From assembly GCF_023055435.1 (NCBI RefSeq), contig NW_025963779.1:3720001-3784000 (forward strand): 64,000 nt of DNA. Direction: 5' to 3'. Below, in pieces: positions 10,120-22,713 of this stretch (position 1 is the first letter of the stretch; each line of letters begins with the position of its first letter). The stretch is from Haliotis rufescens. Lineage: Eukaryota. Both the position numbers and the translations under genes were made by a program. Under the pieces are notes generated by a model. It searched no databases. It was not told the DNA's origin and was given only the letters and a program-made list of their open reading frames with translations.

Positions 10120-13101
10120 AGGGACAGAAGCGAACCATTCCGGGGATATCGTTTTTTCTCATGCATACCGTTATATGAACAACGTCATGTATTTGTCTAA
10201 CCTACAGGGACATCAGTGCTTGTCTTATAAAGGATTTAAATTCCAATTCACTCAATTGCCCTTCCTTACATGTTTAATTAAGATTGTTTATTTGTTGTTT
10301 AAAAACGTCTTGCACTTGACATGGACTTTATCAAAGGAAACGTTTCATATATGTTGTTTTCTGTATTCTTAAAGTGAAAAGTTCGAATAATGTAAATACC
10401 GATTGGCCATTTCACGACTGATCAAACAGTGCACTTGGTAGTTCAATATCTGATACAAAATACCGTTAACTCTGAAGCAGTCGGTGGTGCAACTTTAAAA
10501 CGTAAAGGACATTCTTTCGTCCTCTTTCTGTTGTTAATGGTCAATCTGACCTCAATTGCCGATCGACATGCGTGTCAACGTGACCGACCATACTTATCGA
10601 GAGTAAACAAACACGTTACAAATGAAGACTAGGTCAAATAGCAGCCCCTTTGTGTTGACATAACAAGGAGATATCTGAACCTGAGGATAACATCTGTTTG
10701 GAAACCTAGGGTGCATTGTATTCAGTAGGCAAGTAAAACACATTGGTGTTGACTTAATGCGGATACACCTCCACAGTTGGTGCACAGCCCGCCAGTGAGC
10801 TGACTCTCTTCTATCGCCGATACATTCTAGACATACCTACATTAATATATATATTTATATATTGGTACACAACGTGGGGCTGATCCTTTTAATATCAAAA
10901 TTGAACAAAAATAGCCCGACTATGGTCCCAGGGCGTGACGTCTAATGATGGTTTAGCTTCACTTTGGGCGCTAGTGTATCGGCCATGGTATTTCCCAGTT
11001 CCGTGTTGGGATTCGAACCCCGGCCATTTGATGCTAGGTTCGTGGTTCGAATCCGATCAAGGGACTAGATATAATACACGAAACCCATCACGGGACTCGG
11101 ATGTATTGTATTATATGACAACTACATAACCACCCGATCCACGTGTCGCCTTTATGATAGCGTTACGAAAACCTGGGTACGGGGGACAATATTACTTCCC
11201 GGAATGTCCATAGGACGGACATGATAACGTCATTCAAATATCAGGGCTGATCATATACACTATAAACTCGTATGTAATAATTTGAAACACAACACATGAG
11301 GTCTTACATCATGCTCTTCTTGAAAGCACACCTGAAATCAATGAACAAAAAGTCCTGTTTGTTTCTTATCGCGCGCTGTATGACAGGTGCGGTGAACGTA
11401 ATCTAGCGTGTGTTCCTCAAGGTTTCTGTCCGTCTTTTCACATACTCAAAACACAATACAACCACTGATACATTTTTTATGCAACACCTGTGTCACAGAT
11501 CCAACGCTGAAATTTATCAGTTTTACCTTGTCTACCATGCTATTTAACACCAGGTAGTTTATGGGCTACTCGGCACGGCTGTCGTGATTGAAGATCCAAG
11601 CATATGTCTTTAATCTGTTAATCTCGCTAATTTGTCACAGGGTACAAAAGCCCGCGCCAGTCTCTGTAATCTGCAGATAGTTGCCGGTCATAGGTGTGAC
11701 GCAAGGGGGGCCCTTTAATCCCTCATCGTCAAGTCATTATATCAAGATTGTGGCGGACGACGAGCGAAGCCAAACACTTTGTGCGGTTAATCCTGTGAAA
11801 TAATACAGCATTGTGTGCCCCGGGACGTAGGTCGGTCTGAGACGTATTACTTCCAGATAACCACTTATTGAAGCTTTCAGAAACGCCGCGTTGATATCTA
11901 CCTCGGGCCCTGGTGTCCAAGGGAACGAAGGTGTGTTTTAAGACCAGACCTAGGACAATCTGACATTATGTCCTTTCAATAACATGATCGTACACCCGCG
12001 TATGTTTACGAGCATCGCGTGTCAGTTCCTTGTATTTTTTATTTCTGTATCAGCGCGTTTTCTGTGTTGGTAAAATTCCTCCTGAATACGTGAAACACGT
12101 TTGAGTATATGTTTCACTATTTGTGAGCTTTCAAACTAGTGAGTCCTTGTGCGTATGACGAATGTATTACATGTGTAATGCTTAACCTATATCAGTAACT
12201 TATAATTAACAAGACTGACGCTTAGTCCAAAAAATAAAGTCACCTTATTTAAAAATATATATCTACAAAATAACAAAATAAAAATGGAGCAAGAACACTG
12301 CTTAATTCCTAGAGATAAGACAAGATAGACTTGCCCAATCATTCTAGACTTGAGTTGGACTCCTTATTTAATTTATTCTATAGAGTCACGGAGACAGGCT
12401 ATAATTTAGCATACGAGTCTGGTTAATCATGTGATATGTAAATGTGCATGACGTCACAGCTATTTGATGTATGTTTTTTACGGGTTGAAATTATACCATT
12501 CCTTATGACTCGTTACTATCTTGTCAAACACTTCACCCTCAAGCGTTTAGCGTCGTTTATGACTTGATGGCGACACACTTTCTGAGCGTGGAAACGCGTC
12601 TGTTGTGAGGTACAGTCTAATTATACAGGCACGGGGCTTAATGATTGAGAGGCTGACAAGTTCACTTCAGTGATGATGTCCTTACTTGATGCATGACAGG
12701 TGTACATTTCATAACCGGGGCAAGATAAAGGGGGCGGGTCAGCGTCTTGTGTCATGGTAATGACTTGCGCCATCCATTCAGCAACTGTTCCGTCCCACTT
12801 AATCAAACTGAGTGTCCACCCCTACCCCACCCCTCAACCCCACCCCACCCCCATCACTACACCAAACCTTCCCCCTCACACACACCAAACCTCCCCATCG
12901 CACACACCAAACCTCCCCATTACATACACCCGCCATCTGGGAAGGCAAATAACCTTAAACGTGTCTTTTTAGGAACCAATTAACATTGTTTAATTTTTCT
13001 TACCTGTAAATATTTACATTGTTGCTGTTATATTTATTGTTTTTTTCGACCACCGACCTCTATGTTTACATAAGCACAAGTCCGTAAATCTAAGAGTGAA
13101 A

Positions 13102-13270
13102 GGGGCGGTCGGGTAGCCTAGTGGTTAAAGCGTTCGCTCGTCACGCCGAAGACCCGGGTTCGATTCCCCGCATGGGTACAATGTGTGCAGCCCATTTCTG
13201 GTGCCCCCGTCGTGATATTTCTGGACTATTCCTAAAAGCGGCTTAAAACCATACTCACTCACTCAGTCAC
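13102..13270 (+). mobile_element. SINE family A, full length
   Basis: GGGGCGGTCGGGTAGCCTAGTGGTTAAAGCG...GGTTCGATTCCCC...AAAAGCGGC.TAAAACCATACTCACTC. Confidence 0.95.
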
Positions 13271-13420
13271 TTAATCAATAAGTAATACCGTGCTTGTTTA
13301 GCCATGCTGCTCCCCTTCATGGCGACAGAACAGTTTGTCCCCTTGCCATGGGGGAATGCTGTAATAAAGTAATGTTACATGACACAGATGTGTAGGTTCT
13401 TAAAGCAGGTTCAGATTGGG

Positions 13421-13566
13421 AGGGGTAGGGGTAGTCCACTTGTTAAAGCGTTGACTCGTCGCGCCGCCGACTCGGGTTCGATTCCCCAGGTGGCTACAAT
13501 ATGTTCAGCCTATCTTGGTGTAACATTGCCAAAAGCGGCGTAATATCGAACTCATCTCACTCACTC
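13421..13566 (+). mobile_element. SINE family A, diverged and internally deleted
   Basis: GTTAAAGCGTTGACTCGTCGCGCC..GGGTTCGATTCCCC..AAAAGCGGCGTAA..CTCACTCACTC. Confidence 0.85.
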
Positions 13567-13858
13567 ATTGACAGTGTCACTGAGGCCTCCTCTGAAACAT
13601 TCCTACCGGTAGTCGGAGTGTGATACTACACTGATACAGCCAGGGACGAAGCCATGTTTCCATGGTGTCAATGTTCAGCGACCTCATTCGACCGGCGACA
13701 CCACACACGTCTACATTTTATAGGCTGTGCCCGAGGTTGTCAATGTCGTCTTAATCACAGACTGCTATCTTAGGTCCACACTTCTCTTTGAAGAGTTTGT
13801 TTTCGTCCGTTACCGCCATTTGGCCGTTCGCAATATATGTCCCATTAGTCGTTTCACG

Positions 13859-14025
13859 CTGGACCAGACAATCCAGTGATTGACACCATGAGCATCGATC
13901 TACACTTGGGATACGGTGACATGCATCAACCAAGTCAGCGAGCCTGACCACCCGATCCCATTACTCACCTCTTATGACAAGCATGGATTACTGAAGACCA
14001 ATTCCAATCGGAATCCTCAATGGGG
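13859..14025 (-). mobile_element. SINE family C, 3'-truncated
   Basis: CTGGACCAGACAATCCAGTGATTGAC...CAAGCATGG.TT.CTGAAGACC; homology stops at CTGG (13859). Confidence 0.9.
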
Positions 14026-14089
14026 TCACCGTATATGAAACTACATTCAATATGTTCTTGATACAAAACCACCTTAGCTGTTGCCTCAC

Positions 14090-14263
14090 TTTCCAATGAG
14101 TCATGCTGTTACAGAGGCCACTGTTCAACGAGGCAATGAGTGACGACGTGTTCATTGTATTGGGTGATTTAAAGGACGTAATCCCATTCACCACAGTGTC
14201 ATCTTCGCCATAGAATGTTAAGAACGCCCTCGTTGAACATGTCAGGTTGTGTAATCTCGACAC
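14090..14263 (-). other. Candidate internal exon (174 nt, open frame VSRLHNLTC...SMTHWK), product unknown
   Basis: Acceptor TATTTTGCACAG|GTG and donor AAA|GTGAGG; 58 codons with no stop; no recognised homology. Confidence 0.25.
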
Positions 14264-15381
14264 CTGTGCAAAATACGATATCGTCATTTAGCTTCACGCA
14301 CCCAGCGGTCTTTGAGTCGCCTAGTCATGTCCAAAACATATTACTTGTCCTAAAAGCTGAAGTGTCATAAACTTGCAAAATCATGTGCGATCTATAGATA
14401 GAGAGAATCAAATCAACCGGCGGCCAGTTCGAGTTACCAGTCTAACGGCATAATCTTACGAAGAAGGTCTAGGTCACGTGGTCGCCCCTCCCTTTCTTGT
14501 CAAGCGACCCTTGGGCCGAAGGAACATGTGTTTCTGGGCGGGGGAGCCTGTCTGGACGTGACATTTGCTGCTGTATTTGCAACAGCTTATACTGAAAACT
14601 AACAATTTCCATAGAATCAACAAACGTCGAATGTTAAGATCACGGGGACGAAACATCACGATTGCCAATTACGTGTTTAGGAAACGTTGGGAACGTATAG
14701 AACAGCAAGTACGGACCAGCACGACACACGGCCTCTGCTTGGGTGGGTCTACCTGGCTAATCAGGGGATGGGGGCAGTGGGGTTAGTACACAGGAAAGAA
14801 AGACATCGAAGAAAGAAAAGTAAGCTTTGTCTGATCACAGACCACTTTACATGAACCAATCGCCGCTCTTTACTAATGTTGTCTGTGATAGGTCCACGTG
14901 GGATTTGCGATAATCGTACGGCTACAATCGTATTCAGACTCCGTCTCCTCTGGGGGTGGGGTCGGGTGTGGCTGTTGTTGTGGGTGGGGTGGGAGATACG
15001 GATAAAGGATACAGAGTCATGTGACAGAAAGGAAGGGATGGGACACGTGTGTGTCAGTCAGCCTCTGGTCACCGGGGTGGATTGTGTGTGATAATCCCAA
15101 GGGTGGTAGGCAACGGTGTGGGGGGAGGGGTGGACCTTAGTAGATTAACATTTGGGTTGGATGAACGTGGCACCCAGGTCTTTACTAAGAAAGGGGAGGA
15201 TGAACCCTCCAGAAGATCTAGACTATTGGGGTGTCGTGGGGGTGGGGCAGGGGACGGGACTGAGACAGAGCAGAAATAGTTGACAGACGAGATGCAACCA
15301 TACACCCCTCTCCTCTTGACCAGTCACATAGTTCTTATAAAAAACAGGATGGACAAGGACGTTAAGCTCTGGTCACATTTC

Positions 15382-15845
15382 TCTGCTTATGGTAGACGTC
15401 GCAGTCAGACATGTTCACATATATCTGCTGTAGTAGACGTCGCAGTCAGACATGTTCACACATGTCTGCTGTAGTAGACGTCGCAGTCAGATATGTTCAC
15501 ATATGTCTGCTGTAGTAGACGTCGCAGTCAGACATGTTCACACATATCTGCTCTAGTAGACGTCGCAGTCAGACATGTTCACATATGTCTGCTGTAGTAG
15601 ACGTCGCAGTCAGATATGTTCACATATATCTGCTCTAGTAGACGTCGCAGTCAGATATGTTCACATATATCTGCTCTAGTAGACGTCGCAGTCAGACATG
15701 TTCACATATGTCTGCTGTAGTAGACGTCGCAGTCAGATATGTTCACATATATCTGCTCTAGTAGACGTCGCAGTCAGATATGTTCACATATCTGCTGTAG
15801 TAGACGTCGCAGTCAGACATGTTCACATATGTCTGCTGTAGTAGT
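15382..15845. repeat. 41-bp minisatellite, ~11 units
   Basis: GTAGACGTCGCAGTCAGA at 15392, 15433, 15474...; each unit contains the inverted repeat CAGACAT..ATGTCTG. Confidence 0.97.
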
Positions 15846-16682
15846 CTGTCCCCAGCCAAAATGACGCAGGTCTTAGTGAACACTTTGATGAAACCTACGA
15901 GCACGGATATGAAGGTAGAGACAAGCAGGAAGATACACTTGGGTTGATCTGGGATTCGAACCCACGCGCCGCCGACCCTAGCGTGGCTGTAGTAGCTTCC
16001 TGTAGAACAGCATCAGTGTCTGAAACAAACGATATTTCCTTGTTTTGTACCAATGTCGCCAAGTAGGGTGGATGTTTTTCCTGACGTGTGGAGGATTCGA
16101 GGACTGGAGAATATGGTGCAGTACCCACAGTGTTGCGAAACGAATATATTTCTTACCGTTTTTCTTTACTTATAAGCAGCAACGTCTCTGCACTTGTACA
16201 AGGAAGATGTAATTCAAAATTAAAGTGCCGTTTTTATTGGTTTCAACAAAATCAGAAACGGTATGCTCGCGTCACTGTATTGTCTAGTTCATTGATCACT
16301 TGATTGTCTGGTTTGACCTCTCATGGCGCACAGTACTGCTGTACTGCGTTAAGCAATAAAACTTACTTTTAACGTAAATTGTATGAAATTGTAGAGACCA
16401 GCATGGTGGCACAGGTAGCACGTGATGTGTGGACTCTGACCATCCTACGTGTAGCACTGGTAATGGTCACATGTCCAACATGACGACGTTCTTGATATAC
16501 GTGAAATAGCAAAGCAAATATTGCGTCAGTCTCCACGCCCCTTGATATTACAAATATGTCATTGTTGCATTTTAAGTTAACAAAACATAACTGAAATTCT
16601 TGTTTTGAAACTGCGTCGAGATATCTTGCTGCTTCATCTAACAGAGGGCGATAAAAAACCATGCGTCATGTATATGGCAACG

Positions 16683-16800
16683 TGAGGGTGATGGTTTTAA
16701 CACCAGTTATATAGTTATATCACAGTGGGTCAGTTTCATGTGGGAGGAGAATCAGGTCGTAGATATCTGCCACTTAGTTCGGTGAACCCCACGAGAACTT
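16683..16800 (-). mobile_element. Old degenerate SINE family B 3' half
   Basis: AGTTATATCAC..GTCAG..TGTGGGAGGA..CCACTT..CGGTGAACCCCACGAG aligns with the adjacent young B copy. Confidence 0.6.
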
Positions 16801-16870
16801 GTACATTGTGATGACGAGGAAACGCTTGAATCTGGGTTTGAAGAAGCGACCGGCGTCCTGGCTTACAAAG

Positions 16871-17160
16871 AGTGAGTGAGTGAGTGAGTTGGGTTTAACG
16901 CCGCTTTTAACAGTATAGTATTCCAGTTATATCACGGCGTGTCAGCTTATTGTGGGAGGAAAGCCCGAAGTGATGCAGGTCTCTGACGTTTACCACTTCG
17001 GTGAAACCCACGAGCACGGGTATGGTGCTGACAAACATTGAAACATAATCGGGGCGAACCGGGATTCGAACCCACAATCATAGGTTTCTGGCGTACCCAA
17101 GGGACGCAACTCTGCACAGCGAATCGCGGCGCCTTAGACGACTGGGCCACCCGTGCCCCC
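16871..17160 (-). mobile_element. SINE family B, full length
   Basis: Reverse complement of 3583-3866; TSD GGCTTACAA at 16860-16868 and 17161-17169. Confidence 0.95.
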
Positions 17161-17238
17161 GGCTTACAAGGAGGGTATGAGGGGATCATTGTACGGATCT
17201 TCTGCCGCTCCTCAACCAGTGAACACCTCAGTTGCCTA

Positions 17239-17513
17239 GTTTGTTTGTTTGTTTGTTTGTTTGTCTGTTGTTTAACGCCGCACAATATTCCGGCTCTATG
17301 ACGTCGGTCGGTAAATAATGGAGTTTGGATCAGACAATCCAGTGATTGACAGCATGAGCATCGAACCACGCAATTGGGATATGATGACATTCATCAACCA
17401 CGTCAGCGAGCCTGACCACCCGATGTCGTTAACTGCCACTTACGACAAGCATGGTCGCCTCTTACAACAAGCATGGGTTGTTGAAGGCCTGTTCTAACCG
17501 GGGTGTTCACGGG
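17239..17513 (-). mobile_element. SINE family C, full length, duplicated-hairpin variant
   Basis: (GTTT)n tail through to ..TTCACGGG; TSD CAGTTGCCTAGT / CAGTCGCCTAGT (11/12). Confidence 0.93.
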
Positions 17514-17568
17514 CCAGTCGCCTAGTATCAACATTTCTGTGTAATACATGACAGAGTTTGGTGAAATG

Positions 17569-17720
17569 AGCCTAGTGGTTAAAGCGTTCGCTCGTCACGC
17601 CGAAGACCCGGGTTCGATTCCCGACATGGGTACAATGTGTGAAGACAATTTCTAAATTTCCCCCGCCGTGGTATTGCGGCAATATTGCAAAAAGCGGCGT
17701 AATACATTACTCACTCACTC
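17569..17720 (+). mobile_element. SINE family A, slightly 5'-truncated
   Basis: AGCCTAGTGGTTAAAGCGTTCGCTCGTCACGCCGAAGACCCGGGTTCGATTCCC...ACTCACTC. Confidence 0.93.
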
Positions 17721-17727
17721 AGGGAGC

Positions 17728-17854
17728 GTGTCCCCATTGCGTAGATCGATGCTCAAGATGTCATTCACTGAATTGTCTGGCCCAATATTTACAGACCACC
17801 GCCATATAGCAGGAATATTGCTGAGTGCGGCGTTAAACAACAAACAAACAAACC
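17728..17854 (+). mobile_element. SINE family C 3' half
   Basis: TTGCGTAGATCGATGCTC...GCTGAGTGCGGCGTTAAACAACAAACAAAC. Confidence 0.9.
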
Positions 17855-18568
17855 ATAGGAAGTGCAACACTGGTCGCCCTATCCTTCAACTTATACGTCG
17901 GGTTTACATCTGAATTATGCTGTGACCTAATTTACATCCACTTCTCTCTGTGATGCCAATATTTCAAACAATCATCGCCTTCACTCTAAGGTATTTACGA
18001 TTCCGATTTGCATTTTATATTTGCTCTTTGTCAATGGTTGAACAAGTACTCCTTGACATAACAATGGTATTATTTATGGAAATTCTCTTATATTTGACGT
18101 GAAAAGGACACGTACTTGAACTGTCGCGCGTTACTAGGCCCCGTAACCACCCGGCTCTTGACGTTAAGGATTCCGCGCTAGTATATATTCCGTCGTACTT
18201 ACTTACCGGAATCGGCGGTAGAAGCTAGGGCCTGTCTGAGAGACGCATCTGTAAACATGTCAACACCTTCAGCAGACATGTCCATAAACACTGATAACAG
18301 GCCTATTACGAGTCTCAAATATTTCTTCTGCATCACAGAGATTCTTCACTGATTACATGGAGATAGGCAGATTTTCGACTCACCTGGTGTATGCAGAAAC
18401 AGGTGATGGGCAACCTTGGTGTAGCTTTATTTCTCGTCTATGTCATCGTCCTTCTCATCACTTTCGATTTCTTCTCATCACATACACCTGCTTCCGCATC
18501 AATCTTATCGTTTTATTTAATTCTGCTTGTGGAGAAAATGACACTGTGTACGCGAGTGGAAGAAGCCC

Positions 18569-19620
18569 AGACAGACCCATATTAGATAAACACTTACCCT
18601 CCTTCCGAACACCAACCTCGCACCAGACCCACATTAACCCTCAGAACACCAGCCTCACAGCAGACTCACATTAACCCTTCCGAACACCAACCTCACACCA
18701 GACCCACATTAACCCTCAGAACACCAGCCTCACACCAGACTCACAGTAACCCTCAGAACACCAGCCTCACACCAGACCCACATTAACCCTCAGAACACCA
18801 GCCTCACACCAGACCCACATTAACCCTCAGAACACCAGCCTCACACCAGACTCACAGTAACCCTCAGAACACCAGCCTCACACCAGACCCACATTAACCC
18901 TCAGAACACCAGCCTCACACCAGACCCACATTAACCCTCAGAACACCAGCCTCACAGCAGACTCACATTAACCCTTCAGAACACCAACCTCACACCAGAC
19001 CCACATTAACCCTCAGAACACCAGCCTCACATCAGACTCACATTAACCCTCAGAACACCAGCCTCACACCAGACTCACATTAACCCTCAGAACACCAGCC
19101 TCACACCAGACCCACATTAACCCTCAGAACACCAGCCTCACACCAGACTCACAGTAACCCTCAGAACACCAGACTCACATTAACCCTCAGAACACCAGCC
19201 TCACACCAGACCCACATTAACCCTCAGAACACCAGCCTCACACCAGCCTCACAGTAACCCTCAGAACACCCGCCTCACACCAGACCCACATTAACCCTTC
19301 AGAGCACTAAACCCCCACCAGACTCACATTAACCCTTCAGAACACCAGACGCACATTAACCCTTCAGAACACCAGACTCACATTAACCCTTCAGAACACC
19401 AGACTCACACCAGACTCACACCAGACTCACATTAACCCTTCAGAACACTAGACTCACATTAACCCTTCAGAACACCAGACTCACATTAACCCTTCAGAAC
19501 ACCAGACTCACACCAGACTCACATTAACCCTTCAGAACACCAGCCTCACAGCAGACCAACATTAACCCGATCAGAACACTAACCTCACACCAAACCAGCA
19601 TAAAACTCTACCGAACACCA
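18569..19620. repeat. 37-bp C/A-rich minisatellite grading into ~27-bp units
   Basis: CATTAACCCTCAGAACACCAGCCTCACACCAGACCCA; CATTAACCC at 18781 and 18818; shortened units after ~19300. Confidence 0.97.
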
Positions 19621-20499
19621 GACCTAAATAGACGACATCTCCTTTTACACCGAATCCAAACCCACAAACCCCCTTATTTAATCTACTCTTCCCTCATCAT
19701 GACGTCTGCCTCACACATATTTGAACGTCTAAACGTTTACTCCAGATTGACTCCCGCGCCCTCCCAGCCATCGTGGACCATCGTAACAACCCCCATGATC
19801 AGCCATTCACAATGTTATCGCACGATTAATCTATCGCCCTCTGGTGTTAATAATTAGCAGGACCGATGACTACATTATTGGGTGATTGCTAGTTTCCCTT
19901 TTCACTAACGCCCATGAAGTTATTTATTGGCTAATTACCCTCGCGGAACCCGGTACCGACCTTCATGCTGGGGAGAGGTCCAAAGAAAGACTTGGAGTTA
20001 AAGATTATGATGCATAGGGTTATATACCGTTATTTAGATCTGACAAGCTCATCGTTCTCTGTGTCCACCCTCTCCGTTCACATCAGAACACTGGAGATAT
20101 GTGTGCCATTAGTGGGGTTTTGAGACAGGATTTTGTCAAAATTGTGCACTTTAGGTTAAAAACACCAAAATGAATCACCCGTTATATATCAGTGCCAATG
20201 AATGTGTTTTTAACATTGGTCAGTGATGTGTTTAAGATATATTTATTATTAATGGAGTTACGATACTATCTTATGTTGATGACGAAGATGGATCGTCCGC
20301 TTGCTGACATTGTATAAGGTGCACATGACTGATGGCGGTATTTGACACGACCGAGCGTTGGCGCCACATGACAAAGTTTTAATGTGTGTCTTACATATGG
20401 AACATGGCACGTGACTGGTGACAAGACAAAGTAGACCACGTGCGTCTGCTCACCTTGAATAGAAAGTGTATGGAAGGCTTGACAGGATACATGATCATA

Positions 20500-22165
20500 T
20501 GTGACCCACCGGAAGAAAAGGGACCTTATGGGTGCTGGGATAAAATTGTGCTATGACGTCATAATGACGTTTGACGTCAACTTACTTCAGTGAAGTTCGA
20601 TATGTGTGATGTCATATATCTCTGTAATACATATGAATTGAAGGTTCTGAATATTCCAGTGTTCCGAAGATGCTTCACCCATAACCTTATTTCATGGTTG
20701 GTCAGGCTTACTAATCACAACTATCGAAAGGTTATCTAAATAATATCGGACTTATTATATAAGACATAATCGCTGTCATTGAATAAAATCAATGCAAAGC
20801 GATACAGTCAATAGGAAGCCAGTGACTAGAGCATTTCAAGGAGTATCCCGTAACATGATGTTCTCCACTGTCACACGAAGGGAGTCCGAATAATGTGTTA
20901 CCACTCCTCTTTCTGTTCCTTTCGGTACCTCATCTCAAAATTACAGCCTGAACTATGGTGTTTCACTCCGAGTTGAGCGCGCGTTGCAGAACTCCAAGAT
21001 CCTGTATGTGGCGCATGGTGCACGTGGCTTCTGTAAATACAGTTCAGGAAAGCAATGCCAATCCATTCTGTGTATGCCGTGTTCTTCAATAAAGCATTGC
21101 CAACATGTACACTATTTGGAGGAGCATTTTCAAAGATCGGGGTACCTCTCCAAAAACGCATATTCCTCATGAATGTACCAAAGGTAGGGCCTCTAACTCT
21201 TCTCTGTAGCGTTATGCGGTGGATTTCTGCCCTCGCAGAAGGTGTAATACCACCAGGACCACCATGATTTTGTTTGTTTGTTGTTTAACGCTGCACTCAG
21301 CAATATACCTGCTATATGACGGCGGTCTGTAAATAATGGAGTCTGGACCAGGCAATCAAGTGATTGATATCATGAACATGAATCCACGCAATTTGGATAC
21401 GATGACATGCATCAACCAAGTCAGCGAGCCTGACCACCCGTTAATCGCTTCTTACGACAAGCATGGGTTGCTGAAGACCTATTCTAGCCCGGATCTTCAG
21501 GGGGCTGGATCCACCATCAAATCAATTCTGCGCCTCAAAAGCATCACCCACAAAACGTTATTGCGCTGTCTGTAAACACGCCTACGGTCATCATGCAAGG
21601 AAAATTGATTCATGTCGACTGAGACCAGAACTGTCGACCATTGACGTTGATTCCAACGCTGATGACATCAGCACAACAAACGAGCTTGTTAATGGCGTGG
21701 TGTTAGTCCTGGGCGACTTGCTAGAAGTCAAGCGGGGAGTCCAGCAGAGCCTAACCAGTTATTATGGTGGTCATGCTTATGCGAACATGTCTGGCATAGA
21801 TGTGCCCATCCTTTCTATGACATGTCGTCAGGAAGCTGTTCCGCAACACAATGTTAACCTGGTTCTATGATGCCTCTTGGTTGTGGCAAAGGAAGATCAG
21901 GTCTTCGTGCCTACGGAACAGCTCCAGTACTTCTCTGCAATAGTACCAGTGGTTATATGAGTATATGGAAACGTATTTGATACCGTTGCCACAGTCTACC
22001 AATAAAACTACGAGTGATGATGAACGTGCAGACTTTGACTATGACCTGTTTGGAGCATCACAGCATCTTCATCTTCATTAGTCAAACATCTACGCATTAT
22101 CTCAAGTGCCTGGTCATACTTAGTTCATATACTCGTGGTTCATTTTAGTTCATAAGTTCCTATTT
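20500..22165 (+). mobile_element. Possible decayed DNA transposon with Cys/His-rich coding remnants
   Basis: Terminus-like TGTGACCCACCGGAAGAAAAGGGACCTTATG at 20500 with a partial inverted match CATAAGTTCCTATTT at 22151; broken frames such as CMPCSSIKHCQHV inside. Confidence 0.3.
21268..21503 (-). mobile_element. SINE family C, near full length
   Basis: Reverse complement head CCCTGAAGATCCGGGCTAGAATAGGTCTTCAGCAACCCATGCTTGTCGTAAG; CCACCAT occurs close to both ends. Confidence 0.93.
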
Positions 22166-22230
22166 AGATCAATAAGGATTGTGACAAGAATCTATCCACA
22201 AGACTGTAAGAGACGAGGCACCACTGTCCA

Positions 22231-22713
22231 ATAATCAACTCTTCCTTCGTGTCGAGATCCAGCCTTTGGTGTCTACAGTTCAATTGTACCTTTTGAGGTA
22301 CAATCGAGCAAGCTCTATCTGCGAAGATTTCAATGAGCGTCTTACGACTTTCGCTCTCAAGTGGTTTATTCAAGCTTACAGCTTTCAAGGCCTTAGTAAA
22401 GCTTTCAAACCGTTTTACTGTAGACATGTAGAGGACATTTCCAAATTTTGAATATTATTGACTAAAATGCTGACCGACGCAATTTCCTATTTTGATGCGT
22501 ACCATATGTCTCCGTGTTCCTGATGAACACACGACTTGCCTTTTCATGTGTTTGTGACGGGTGCAACCGGGCGGGTAGGATACGCTCACCTTTGCGGTAA
22601 CACTTGATATCACTAATTGATCGTGATTCATAAACACGTGCTCAAGACAGTCGGACTCGTACAATGGACTGTTTTAAGCAGAGATTCCTATAACTATGGT
22701 TATGTTGCTTTTA
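22231..22713 (+). mobile_element. PLE family D 3' fragment (RT thumb pseudogene + 3' UTR)
   Basis: Translates LLRYNRASSICEDFNERLTTFALKWFIQAYSFQGLSKAFKPFYCRH, colinear with the 63401-63691 ORF; followed by the TTTGTGACGGGTG module. Confidence 0.88.

Noticed and set aside
13102-13175. tRNA-Asp gene
   Set aside because: Has A/B boxes and GTC but no acceptor-stem pairing or oligo-T terminator; it continues into a SINE body seen in many copies.
18569-19620. Telomeric repeat (TAACCC in each unit; GGGTTA also in the 60-bp unit)
   Set aside because: Only one hexamer per unit and never tandem; in the 60-bp array it is explained by the SINE head.
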